A stretch of DNA of 64,000 nucleotides, taken from the NCBI GenBank assembly GCA_043228905.1, contig JBHGNT010000015.1:4712001-4776000 (forward strand), in the 5' to 3' direction. The stretch is from Azolla caroliniana (taxonomy: Eukaryota; Plantae; Polypodiophyta). The translations under genes were made by a program, and so were the position numbers. Numbering within the stretch: the stretch's first letter is position 1; each line of letters begins with the position of its first letter. Shown here in pieces: positions 34,515 through 46,855 of this stretch. Below the pieces are notes generated by a model. It was not told the DNA's origin and ran no database searches. It worked only from the letters and a program-made list of their open reading frames with translations.

Positions 34515-37500
34515 TGTCGAATACATGTGTATAATGGACGTATTCACACTATCCCGTTTTGGCCATTTATGTAATTAGCATAAAGGGTAGTTGCCCTAAG
34601 TCGGTCACTATATATATTGACCTTGTAACCTTTTTGTAAGGTTGGGTTGTTGTATTCTTGTCTATTGGAATAAAGAGTTCTTTTGTGCATCTCTCTCTCT
34701 CTCTCTCACTCTCTCTCTGTGCAACGACATAGAAACAGTCATACGCAGGTATGCAGCAAGACTCGAATGCTCCTTGATCTTCCGCACTGACGACTTTGTC
34801 TCCAACATCTGGTATCAGAGCCTGCACAGTAGTCGGTCCTTCAATCCGCTGTCGGCCGTCGTCTCAGCATTCGGTTTCCTGCGTCATTCGAAAAAGAGAG
34901 AAGAAGAACAAAAAAAAAAACGAGGTTTTGCACCTCATCGCGTTAGAGCCTCTTGCTTGGAGTAAGCCATCAGGTTGTACTCTGTTCCTTGTGATCGTAA
35001 CCGCTCGAGGTGAAATCCCCTTGTGTATCATTGACACGATCGTGCTCCATTCGGTTAAACGGCATCCGAAGTAGTCAACAAACGCTGCTCGCCGCTCGTT
35101 GTAACCACTCGGTGCAGATCGGTCTCAAGACAACAACCCCAATTCGTGCTTCATCCGGCTGATCGACATTCGAGAGGATCAGTTGGATCTGTCTCTCTCG
35201 TCGCTGCAGCCACCCGAAGCAGAATCGGTCCAGATAATCGGTTTCAATAATCGGTATTCGGCATATATATCCGAAGCGAACCGGGCTCACTCCGACTCGG
35301 CAACATTCGGGAAGACCAGTCGGTTCTGTCCCTCAAGTTACCGGAGTCAATTCGAGCAAGTTCAACAATACATATATCCGAAGCCGAACCGACTCGGGTT
35401 CAAATCCGACTAGAACGATATCGGGTGAGCCAACCGGCTGCACTCCAACAAGGCTCGTAGTCAACTCCGAACCGAGCTTCGTCAACCGAAACCCAATTTG
35501 ATGGCATCAACATCCGGCTCGTCAGAAATGAGTCTACGAAAGTTCGATGGATCGAACTTCAACTTCTGGAAGGAGCAAATGCAGGACTATCTCATAGTCA
35601 AGGGGCAAATCGATCCCATCGAAAATGAAGAACCTCCAGAAGGATACAAACCAACTGAGTGGCAGAAGCTGGACAGAATCGTCCGCGCCACGATTCGGAT
35701 GCACCTATCGGAATCGGTATACTTTACGGTGCAATCGTGTACGACAGCATTCGAACTGTGGAAAACACTGTTGGACACTTATGAAAAGAAGGTCGCCGCA
35801 ACGAAGATGTTTCTGATCCGGCGCCTCTACAACTTGCGGATGAAAGAATCCGATTCGGTTCAAGCACACCTCAATGAGTACGAAAGCATAAGCTCCCAAA
35901 TCTCGTCACAGGGGACGGCAATCGAGGATGAACTCAGAGCAATGATACTCATGAGCAGCCTCCCCTCATCATGGGAAACTTTCGTCACAACCGTGTGCAA
36001 CGCGTCAACCACGGCTGTTAAATACTCCGAAGTCACGAGCGCAATCCTGACCGAAGCAGCTCGGAGAAAGTCTTTCGCCAAAGACTCAACAGAAGACGCT
36101 TATGTAGTACAAGGTTCGACAGACCGATCGAACATACGAGGAAGAGATTCCTCACGACCGCCGAACAATCAGCGAAGACGGAGCCAGTCACGGGATAACC
36201 GAATCTGCAACTATTGCAAGAAACCCGGACACATCAAAGCCGACTGCCGCGCACTCAAGAACAAGAACAACAAGAAGAGTGGCCGGCATGAGGAGATCAA
36301 TTACGTCAGCTTCTCAGCTGATGTACTACCGGACGACCCGAATATACTATCAATCGAAAATCCAGTCGGATCAGAAGTTCTACTCACGACTGAAGAATCG
36401 AGCACATGGCTCTTAGATTCGGGCGCGTCATTTCACGTGACTCCTCATCGATCCCAATTTCGGCAATATACGATCCATCACTCCGACTCAGTTCGAGTCG
36501 GCAACTCACAACACTGTGACATCATCGGAATCGGCACAGTAGAGCTCAACCTTGCAGGTGGCTCTACACTTGTACTCCACAATGTCCGACATGTACCCGA
36601 GCTCTCAAGGCCATTGATCTCAGTCGGACAACTAGATGAAGACGGCATTCGTGCCGGTTTTTCTTCGGGAGGGTGGACACTCCACAGGGGGAACCTCCTG
36701 CTTGCTAGAGGACCCAAGATACACTCACTGTATCCGTTACATGTTACGCTCAGAGAGGGTAACCTGTTTTTGGTGGATATTCCTGTGTCATCACTATGGC
36801 ACAGAAGATTAGGACACCTCAGCAAGGCCGGCATTACGCATCTATCTAGAGCCGGATACATCCCCAAACTCTCCTTCTCCGACCATCAATTCTGCGAGCA
36901 TTGCCAGTATGGCAAACAAGTAGCCGCATCACACCCGACATCAGCACCAAGAGAAACGAGACCTCTTGATTTAGTCCACTCGGACGTCTGTGGCCCAATG
37001 CCACATCAGTCTCTCGGCGGTGCCTCCTACTTCGTCACTTTTATTGACGATTCGACTCGAAAGGTGTGGGCTTATCCAATTCGCACCAAAGATCAGGTCT
37101 TCTCGATCTTCTCAGATTGGCTCGCTATGGTAGAAAATCAAACCGACCGAACGCTGAAATGCCTTCGGACAGACAATGGGGGAGAGTTCAAATCCGAAGA
37201 ATTCGTCAAATTCTGCCGACAACGCGGAATCCGACGTGAATTTACGGCACCACACAGCCCGGAGCAAAACGGGATTGCCGAACGAATGAATCGGACAATC
37301 CAAGAAAGGATAGTTTCCATGCTCCAACACTCCGGACTGTCGGATGGCTTCTGGGCAGAGGCTCTACTCACGGCAGTACACATAATCAATATGTCGCCAA
37401 GTAGACCTCTAGGACTTCAAATTCCTCAGGAACTATGGATCGGCAGTAAGCCGAATTACGACAAGCTGAGGATCTTCGGATGCGAGGCGTACGCCCTTAT

Positions 37501-39999
37501 TCCGAAAGATGATCGCCGAAAACTTGCACCTCGGTCCAGGAAATGCATTTTCCTTGGATATGGATCCGACGGCGAAATGGGATACCGACTCTGGGACCCC
37601 GAACGCAGACAAATCGTTCGAAGTTCGGACGTTGTGTTCAACGAGTCGGCTATGAATCCATCAGTCGAAAAACCGATCGAAGTCCGAAGGGTAACATTTT
37701 CCGATGTGCCGACCCTTCAAGAAGGCCCCGCTCTCAACACACGGTCAGCTTCACGGGTAGCTGAACCTTACACCACCGACTCGGACAACTCCGACTCGGC
37801 ACAGCAGAACAATCCGCTTTCGGATCATCCGACCTTGATACCCGATGCGACCAGTCCAATCTTACCTCGACGATCCGAGAGACTGTCGCAACCTCCGGAG
37901 AGGTACTCTCCTGGAATTTTCTTCACCGACGCCGGCGAACCGACGTCTTACGAAGAAGCATCGACATCTGTCGATTCAGCCACCTGGCATCTGGCGATGG
38001 AGTCGGAAATGCACTCCATTCGGGCAAACAAGACTTGGGATCTGGTCGAATTACCTAGGAACCGACGTGCTCTTCCTTGCAAGTGGGTTTATCGACTAAA
38101 AGAGACGTCTGATTCGACCACCCCAAAGTACAAGGCCAGATTAGTTGCGAAGGGCTTCCGACAAGAATATGGCGTCGACTTCGACGAGATTTTTTCACCA
38201 GTGGTGAAAATGACAACCCTTCGTTTTCTACTCGGCGTAGTGGCAGCCGACAACTTGGAGCTGATTCAGCTAGATGTCAAAACAGCTTTCCTCCATGGTG
38301 ATCTCGAGGAGGAAATCTATATGGAGCAGCCAAAAGGCTTCGTGGCAACTGGCCAAGAACATCTAGTCTGCCGACTCAGGAAGAGTCTATACGGCCTCAA
38401 ACAGGCACCACGACAATGGTACAAGAAGTTCGACGACTTCATCCAATCGATCGGCTTCTCAAAAAGCGATGAGGACCATTGTCTCTTCACCAACACAGCT
38501 CAAGATGGATCACCCATCTTCCTCATCATTTACGTGGACGACATGCTAATTTCTGGACGCCACGCGGGCGAACTTGCCGATCTCATTCGGCAACTGCGGT
38601 TGAAGTTTGCCATGAAGGACCTCGGTCCGGCACGACACATACTCGGCATGAAGATTAGTCGGCATCACGACAAACGACATCTTTTTTTGTCTCAGACCGA
38701 CTATATCGGACGTGTCTTGGAACGCTTCAACATGCAATCAGCCAAATCTGCTTCAACCCCGCTCCCAATGAATCTTCGGCTCTCTCAGCGAGACTGCCCG
38801 ACATCCGGCCCGGAGGGGGAAGATATGAAGTCGGTACCGTATGCACCGGCAGTCGGCTCCCTGATGTACCTGATGGTCGCGACACGGCCTGATATTTCTC
38901 ACGCCGTAGGAGTCGTTAGCAGATTTATGCACAATCCCGGCCGATCGCATTGGAACGCAGTCAAGCATGTGTTCAGATATCTGGCTGGCACAAAAGACCA
39001 TGGCATTCTTTTCGGTCCGAACCGAACCTCAGGCGTAGTCGGTTACACCGACTCGGACTTCGCCGGCTGTATAGACAGTCGGAAATCAACAACCGGATAC
39101 TGCTTCAAATTCGGCAATGGAGCAATTTCGTGGAAGTCGAAACTTCAGGAGTGCACAGCGACCTCAACGACCGAAGCAGAATATGTAGCTGCGTCCGACG
39201 CAGCAAAAGAAGCTTTGTGGCTCGGTCGGCTGGCGCACACGTTTCGACAAGTCGACCATGACTCGGCTCCAGTTGTCTACAGCGACAGTCAAGGTGCTGT
39301 TGCCTTGTCGAAAAATCCGGTTCACCACAACGCCTCCAAACATATCGACGTTCGATATCACTTCGTTCGGGACTGCGTCATTTCAGGGAAAATCGGTCTA
39401 GAGAAAATATCCACAACCGACAATGTCGCAGATGGAATGACCAAGTGTCTTTCGGCAGACCGTTTTCGGTCTCTTCGGCATCAGATGGGCGTAACGTCAA
39501 ACCAGTCCGGTTAGAGCCGGACACAGAGCAGGATGGTTCCCGACAACCGACATCAATTCCTTAATGATCGGCTTCAACTGTTCCGACCCGACCAGTTCGG
39601 TCTTCTGCCTTCGGACCCTGCCGACTCGAACAAAGCTGATATGTCCGAGAACCTAAATCTATACCTGTAATCTTAGATAACCCATGTATACGCCCATTAC
39701 GGGGGAGTGTCGAATACATGTGTATAATGGACGTATTCACACTATCCCGTTTTGGCCATTTATGTAATTAGCATAAAGGGTAGTTGCCCTAAGTCGGTCA
39801 CTATATATATTGACCTTGTAACCTTTTTGTAAGGTTGGGTTGTTGTATTCTTGTCTATTGGAATAAAGAGTTCTTTTGTGCATCTCTCTCTCTCTCTCTC
39901 ACTCTCTCTCTGTGCAACGACATAGAAACAGTCATACGCAGGTACAGAGAAGAATCGAATGCTTCTTGATCTTCCGCAAAGACGACATTGTCTCCAACA
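34515..39999 (+). mobile_element. Copia E, intact
   Basis: LTRs 34515-34807 and 39708-39999, perfect TSD GAACT, PBS 34810-21, PPT GGGGGAG. Confidence 0.97.
35501..39514 (+). CDS. Copia E gag-pol polyprotein (1337 aa)
   Basis: Uninterrupted ORF: CNYCKKPGHIKADC, LLDSGA, integrase, YVDD, RNase H. Confidence 0.96.
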   Translation: MASTSGSSEMSLRKFDGSNFNFWKEQMQDYLIVKGQIDPIENEEPPEGYKPTEWQKLDRIVRATIRMHLSESVYFTVQSCTTAFELWKTLLDTYEKKVAATKMFLIRRLYNLRMKESDSVQAHLNEYESISSQISSQGTAIEDELRAMILMSSLPSSWETFVTTVCNASTTAVKYSEVTSAILTEAARRKSFAKDSTEDAYVVQGSTDRSNIRGRDSSRPPNNQRRRSQSRDNRICNYCKKPGHIKADCRALKNKNNKKSGRHEEINYVSFSADVLPDDPNILSIENPVGSEVLLTTEESSTWLLDSGASFHVTPHRSQFRQYTIHHSDSVRVGNSQHCDIIGIGTVELNLAGGSTLVLHNVRHVPELSRPLISVGQLDEDGIRAGFSSGGWTLHRGNLLLARGPKIHSLYPLHVTLREGNLFLVDIPVSSLWHRRLGHLSKAGITHLSRAGYIPKLSFSDHQFCEHCQYGKQVAASHPTSAPRETRPLDLVHSDVCGPMPHQSLGGASYFVTFIDDSTRKVWAYPIRTKDQVFSIFSDWLAMVENQTDRTLKCLRTDNGGEFKSEEFVKFCRQRGIRREFTAPHSPEQNGIAERMNRTIQERIVSMLQHSGLSDGFWAEALLTAVHIINMSPSRPLGLQIPQELWIGSKPNYDKLRIFGCEAYALIPKDDRRKLAPRSRKCIFLGYGSDGEMGYRLWDPERRQIVRSSDVVFNESAMNPSVEKPIEVRRVTFSDVPTLQEGPALNTRSASRVAEPYTTDSDNSDSAQQNNPLSDHPTLIPDATSPILPRRSERLSQPPERYSPGIFFTDAGEPTSYEEASTSVDSATWHLAMESEMHSIRANKTWDLVELPRNRRALPCKWVYRLKETSDSTTPKYKARLVAKGFRQEYGVDFDEIFSPVVKMTTLRFLLGVVAADNLELIQLDVKTAFLHGDLEEEIYMEQPKGFVATGQEHLVCRLRKSLYGLKQAPRQWYKKFDDFIQSIGFSKSDEDHCLFTNTAQDGSPIFLIIYVDDMLISGRHAGELADLIRQLRLKFAMKDLGPARHILGMKISRHHDKRHLFLSQTDYIGRVLERFNMQSAKSASTPLPMNLRLSQRDCPTSGPEGEDMKSVPYAPAVGSLMYLMVATRPDISHAVGVVSRFMHNPGRSHWNAVKHVFRYLAGTKDHGILFGPNRTSGVVGYTDSDFAGCIDSRKSTTGYCFKFGNGAISWKSKLQECTATSTTEAEYVAASDAAKEALWLGRLAHTFRQVDHDSAPVVYSDSQGAVALSKNPVHHNASKHIDVRYHFVRDCVISGKIGLEKISTTDNVADGMTKCLSADRFRSLRHQMGVTSNQSG

Positions 40000-40153
40000 G
40001 AACTTCTTGTGCCATTGCCAGGGAGCTTGCTTCAGTCTGTATAACCTCTTCTTCAACCGGCACACCAAGTGCTCCTTCCCTTTCTTCTCAAATCCATCCA
40101 GTTGATGCATGTAGATCTCTTCTTCGAGGTCACCATGGAGGAATGCCGTCTTG

Positions 40154-40808
40154 ACGTCCAGTTGCTCTACCTCAAGGTCCATGCTTGCCGCTATGCCCAA
40201 TACGGTCCGCATGGATGTCATCTTTACTACCGGGGCAAAGATCTCATCGAAGTCCACTCCTTTCTTTTGTTGGAAGCCCTTCATCATGATTCGGGCCTTA
40301 TACCTTGGTGGATTTCTGGCATCTCCCGGTTTCAGCTTGTACACCCACTTGTTCCGGAGTGCTCTCTTCCCTTTCGGCAACTCCGTTAGTTCATATGTAT
40401 GGTTCTCATGCAAGGAATCCATGTCATCCTGCATGACACTCCACCACTCGCGGTTGTGGGCATCTCTCTTCACTTCTTCAAAGCTTTCCGGCTCCCCTTA
40501 TTGGTTAGCAACACATGCTCTGCATCCGGAAATCTTCGGGGGGCTCTTCTCTCTTGGAGAGGATATCTCCGTCCTTGGTTCCTCACTACCGGTTCCTCCA
40601 TTTGTTCCTTATCCTCAACCATTTCGGGATCTTGTCCGGTTCCGGTGTCTCCTTCTTGTTCTTCTTCTTCGGTCGGTTCGGTTTCTTGTCCGTAGTCGGC
40701 CGGTTCGTCGTGTGTCATCGGGTTGTTGGAAGCAATGTCGTCTGTGCGGAAGATCTTGAAGCACTCGATTCCTGTTTATTCCCTGTGTATGACAGAATGT
40801 AGGTCGTT

Positions 40809-40852
<44 letters not shown>

Positions 40853-41730
40853 AAAAGAGTTTCTTATTTCATAGAGCAACCATACAACAACCAACCCCAC
40901 AAAGAGGTTACAAGGTCACTATATATAGTGACTGACTTAGGGCAACTACCCTTTATGCTAATTACATAAATGGCNNNNNNNNNNNNNNNNNNNNNNNNNN
41001 NNNNNNNNNNNNNNNNNNNNNNNNNNNNNNNNNNNNNNNNNNNNNNNNNNNNNNNNNNNNNNNNNNNNNNNNNNACGTCCAGTTGCTCTACCTCAAGGTC
41101 CATGCTTGCCGCTATGCCCAATACGGTCCGCATGGATGTCATCTTTACTACCGGGGCAAAGATCTCATCGAAGTCCACTCCTTTCTTTTGTTGGAAGCCC
41201 TTCATCATGATTCGGGCCTTATACCTTGGTGGATTTCTGGCATCTCCCGGTTTCAGCTTGTACACCCACTTGTTCCGGAGTGCTCTCTTCCCTTTCGGCA
41301 ACTCCGTTAGTTCATATGTATGGTTCTCATGCAAGGAATCCATGTCATCCTGCATGACACTCCACCACTCGCGGTTGTGGGCATCTCTCTTCACTTCTTC
41401 AAAGCTTTCCGGCTCCCCCTTATTGGTTAGCAACACATGCTCTGCATCCGGAAATCTTCGGGGGGCTCTTCTCTCTTGGAGAGGATATCTCCGTCCTTGG
41501 TTCCTCACTACCGGTTCCTCCATTTGTTCCTTATCCTCAACCATTTCGGGATCTTGTCCGGTTCCGGTGTCTCCTTCTTGTTCTTCTTCTTCGGTCGGTT
41601 CGGTTTCTTGTCCGTAGTCGGCCGGTTCGTCGTGTGTCATCGGGTTGTTGGAAGCAATGTCGTCTGTGCGGAAGATCTTGAAGCACTCGATTCCTGTTTA
41701 TTCCCTGTGTATGACAGAATGTAGGTCGTT

Positions 41731-41774
<44 letters not shown>

Positions 41775-41896
41775 AAAAGAGTTTCTTATTTCATAGAGCA
41801 ACCATACAACAACCAACCCCACAAAGAGGTTACAAGGTCACTATATATAGTGACTGACTTAGGGCAACTACCCTTTATGCTAATTACATAAATGGC
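40154..41896. other. 100-N assembly gap (40975-41074) flanked by an ~820-bp direct duplication
   Basis: 40154-40974 equals 41075-41896 except for one C in a homopolymer. Confidence 0.9.
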
Positions 41897-44800
41897 CAAA
41901 ACGGGATAGTGTGAATACGTCCATTATACACATGTATTCGACACTCCCCCGTAATGGGCGTATACATGGGTTATCTAAGATTACAGGTATAGACTTAGGT
42001 TCTCGGACATATCAGCTTTGTTCGAGTCGGCAGGGTCCGAAGGCAGAAGACCGAACTGGTCGGGTCGGAACAGTTGAAGCCGATCATTAAGGAACTGATG
42101 TCGGTTGTCGGGAACCATCCTGCTCTGTGTCCGGCTCTAACCGGACTGGTTTGTCGTCACGCCCATCTGATGCCGAAGAGACCGAAAACGGTCTGCCGAG
42201 AGACATTTGGTCATTCCATCTGCGACATTGTCGGTTGTGGATATTTTCTCTAGACCGATTTTCCCTGAAATGACGCAGTCCCGAACGAAGTGATATCGAA
42301 CGTCGATATGTTTGGAGGCGTTGTGGTGAACCGGATTTTTCGACAAGGCAACAGCACCTTGACTGTCGCTGTAGACAACTGGAGCCGAGTCATGTTCGAC
42401 TTGTCGAAACGTGTGCGCCAGCCGACCGAGCCACAAAGCTTCTTTTGCTGCGTCGGACGCAGCTACATATTCTGCTTCGGTCGTTGAGATCGTTGTGCAC
42501 TCCTGAAGTTTCGACTTCCACGAGATTGCTCCATTGCCGAATTTGAAGCAGTATACGGTTGTTGATTTCCGACTGTCTATACAGCCGGCGAAGTCCGAGT
42601 CGGTGTAACCGACTACGCCTGAGGTTCGGTTCGGACCGAAAAGAATGCCGTGATCTTTTGTGCCAGCCAGATATCTGAACACATGCTTGACTGCGTTCCA
42701 ATGCGATCGGCCAGGATTGTGCATAAATCTGCTAACGACTCCTACGGCATGAGAGATGTCAGGCCGTGTCGCGACCATCAGGTACATAAGGGAGCCGACT
42801 GCCGGTGCATACGGTACCGACTTCATATCTTCCCCCTCCGAACCGGATGTCGGGCAGTCTCGCTGAGAGAGCCGAAGATTCATAGGGAGTGGGGTTGAAG
42901 CAGATTTGGCTGATTGCATGTTGAAGCGTTCCAAGACACGTCCGATATAGTCGGTCTGAGACAAAAAAAGATGTCGTGTATTGCGATGCCGACTAATCTT
43001 CATGCCAAGGATGTGTCGTGCCGGACCGAGGTCCTTCATGGCAAACTTCAACCGCAGTTGCCGAACGAGATCGGCAAGTTCGCCCGCGTGGCGTCCAGAA
43101 ATTAGCATGTCGTCCACGTAAATGATGAGGAAGATGGGTGATCCATCTTGAGCTGTGTTGGTGAAGAGACAATGGTCCTCATCGCTTTTGGAGAAGCCGA
43201 TCGATTGGATGAAGTCGTCGAACTTCTTGTACCATTGTCGCGGTGCCTGTTTGAGGCCGTATAGACTCTTCCTGAGTCGGCAGACTAGATGTTCTTGGCC
43301 AGTTGCCACGAAGCCTTTTGGCTGCTCCATATAAATTTCCTCCTCGAGATCACCATGGAGGAAGGCTGTTTTGACATCTAGCTGAATCAGCTCCAAGTTG
43401 TCGGCTGCCACGACGCCGAGCAGAAAACGAAGGGTTGTCATTTTCACCACTGGTGAAAAAATCTCGTCGAAGTCGACGCCATATTCTTGTCGGAAGCCCT
43501 TCGCAACTAATCTGGCCTTGTACTTTGGGGTGGTCGAATCAGACGTCTCTTTTAGTCGATAAACCCACTTGCAAGGAAGAGCACGTCGGTTCCTAGGTAA
43601 TTCGACCAGATCCCAAGTCTTGTTTGCACGGATGGAGTGCATTTCCGACTCCATCGCCAGATTCCAGGTGGCCGAATCGACAGATGTCGATGCTTCTTCG
43701 TAAGACGTCGGTTCGCCGGCGTCGGTGAAGAAAATTCCAGGAGAATACCTCTCCGGAGGTTGCGACAGTCTCTCGGATCGTCGAGGTATGATTGGACTGG
43801 TCGCATCGGGTATCGAGGTCGGATGGTCCGAAACCGAAACATTCGGCTGTGCCGAGTCAGAGTTGTCCGAGTCGGTAGTATAAGGTTCAGCTACCCGTGA
43901 AGCTGACCGTGTGTTGAGAGCGGGGCCTTCTTGAAGGGTCGGCACATCGGAGAATGTTACCCTTCGGACTTCGATTGGTTTTTCGACTGATGGGTTCATA
44001 GCCGACTCGTTGAACACAACGTCCGAACTTCGGACGATTTGTCTGCGTTCGGGGTCCCAGAGTCGGTATCCCATTTCGCCGTCTGATCCATATCCAAGGA
44101 AAATGCATTTCCTGGACCGAGGTGCAAGTTTTCGGCGATCATCTTTCGGAATAAGGGCGTACGCCTCGCATCCGAAGATCCTCAGCTTGTCGTAATTCGG
44201 CTTACTGCCGATCCATAGTTCCTGAGGAATTTGAAGTCCTAGAGGTCTACTTGGCGACATATTGATTATGTGTACTGCCGTGAGTAGAGCCTCTGCCCAG
44301 AAGCCATCCGACAGTCCGGAGTGTTGGAGCATGGAAACTATCCTTTCTTGGATCGTCCGATTCATTCGTTCTGCAATCCCGTTTTGCTCCGGACTGTGTG
44401 GTGCCGTAAATTCACGTCGGATGCCGCGTTGTCGGCAGAATTTGACGAATTCATCGGATTTGAACTCTCCCCCATTGTCTGTCCGAAGGCATTTCAGCTT
44501 TCGGTCGGTTTGATTTTCTACCATAGCGAGCCAATCTGAGAAGATCGAGAAGACACGATCTTTGGTGCGAATCGGATAAGCCCACACCTTTCGAGTCGAA
44601 TCGTCAATAAAACTGACGAAGTAAGAGGCACCGCCTAGAGACTGATGCGGCATTGGGCCACAGACGTCCGAATGGACTAAATCGAGAGGTCTCGTTTCTT
44701 TTGGTGCTGATGTCGGGTGTGATGCGGCTACTTGTTTGCCATACTGGCAATGCTCGCAGAATTGATGGTCGGAGAAGGAGAGTTTGGGGATGTACCCGGC

Positions 44801-46811
44801 TCTGGATAGGTGCGTGATGCCGGCCTTGCTGAGGTGTCCTAATCTTCGGTGCCATAGTGATGACACAGGAATATCCACCAAAAACAGGTTACCCTCTCTG
44901 AGCGTAACATGTAGCGGATACAATGAGTGTATTTTAGGTCCTCTAGCAAGCAGGAGGTTCCCCCTGTGGAGTGTCCACCCTCCCGAAGAAAAACCGGCAC
45001 GAATGCCGTCTTCATCTAGTTGTCCGACTGAGATCAATGGCCTTGAGAGCTCGGGTACATGTCGGACATTGTGGAGTACAAGTGTTGAGCCACCTGCAAG
45101 GTTGAGCTCTACTGTGCCAATTCCGATGATGTCGCAGTGTTGCGAGTTACCGACTCGAACTGAGTCGGAGTGACGGATCGTATATTGCCGAAATTGGGAT
45201 CGATGAGGAGTCACGTGAAACGACGCGCCCGAATCTAAGAGCCATGTGCTCGACTCTTCAGTCGTGAGTAGAACTTCTGATCCGACTGGATTTTCGATTG
45301 ATAGTATATTCGGGTCGTCTGGTAGCACATCAGCTGAGAAGCTGACGTAGTTGACCTCCTCATGCCGGCCACTCTTCTTGTTGTTCTTGTTCTTGAGTGC
45401 GCGGCAGTCGGCTTTGATGTGTCCGGGTTTCTTGCAATAGTTGCAGGTTCGGTTATCCCGTGACTGGCTCCGTCTTCGCTGATTGTTCGGCGGTCGTGAG
45501 GAATCTCTTCCTCGTATGTTCGATCGGTCTGTCGAACCTTGTACTACGTAAGCGTCGTCCGTTGAGTCTTTGGCAAAAGACTTTCTCCGAGCTGCTTCGG
45601 TCAGGATTGCGCTCGTGACTTCGGAGTATTTAACAGCCGTGGTTGACGCGTTGCACACAGTTGTGACGAAAGTTTCCCATGATGAGGGAAGGCTGCTCAT
45701 GAGTATCATTGCTCTGAGCTCATCCTCGATTGCCGTCCCCTGTGACGAGATTTGGGAGCTTATGCTTTCGTACTCATTGAGGTGTGCTTGAACCGAATCG
45801 GATTCTTTCATCCGCAAGTTGTAGAGGCGCCGGATCAGAAACATCTTTGTTGCGGCGACCTTCTTTTCGTAAGTGTCCGACAGCGTTTTCCACAGTTCGA
45901 ATGCTGTCGTACACGATTGCACCGTAAAGTATACCGATTCCGATAGGTGCATCCGAATCGTGGCGCGGACGATTCTGTCCAGCTTCTGCCACTCAATTGG
46001 TTTGAATCCTTCTGGAGGTTCTTCATTTTCGATGGGATCGATCTGCCCCTTGACTATGAGATAGTCCTGCATTTGTTCCTTCCAGAAGTTGAAGTTCGAT
46101 CCATCGAACTTTCGTAGACTCATTTTTGACGAGCCGGATGTTGATGCCATCAAATTCGGTTTCAGTTGACGAAGCTCGGTTCGGAGTTGACTACGAACCT
46201 TGTTGGAGTGCAGCCGGTTGGCTCACCCGATATCGTTCTAGTCGGATTTGAACCCGAGTCGGTTCGGCTTCGGAACTTGCTCGAATTGACTCCGGTAACT
46301 TGAGGGACAGAACCGACTGGTCTTCCCGAATGTTGCCGAGTCGGAGTGAGCCCGGTTCGTTTCGGATATATATGCCGAATACCGATTATTAAAACCGATT
46401 ATCTGAACCGATTTTGCTTCGGTTGACTGCAGCGACGAGAGAGACGGATCCGACTGATCCTCCCGAATGTCGATCAGCCAGATGAAGCATGAATTTGGGT
46501 TGTTGTCAGGGTTGCACAAGGGGATTTCACCTCGAGCGGTTACGATCACGGGGAGCGGAGTACAACCTGCTGGCTTACTCCAAACAAAGATGATCTAACG
46601 CGATGAGATGCAAACCTGGTTTTTCTTCTTCTTCTCTCTTCTTCGAATGACGCAGGGAACCGAATGCAGAGACGACGGCCGACAGCGGATTGAAGAACCG
46701 ACTACTGTGCAGGCTCTGATACCAGATGTTGGAAGCAATGTCGTCTGTGCGGAAGATCTTGAAGCACTCGATTCCTGTTTATTCCCTGTGTATGACAGAA
46801 TGTAGGTCGTT

Positions 46812-46855
<44 letters not shown>

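Noticed and set aside
35183-35413. Upstream ORF in the long E/F leader
   Set aside because: No ATG start, no recognisable motif, and it differs by indels between the two copies.
40154-41896. Apparent tandem duplication with an extra LTR copy at 40724-40974
   Set aside because: The copies abut a round 100-N gap and differ only by one homopolymer base; most likely an unmerged contig overlap.
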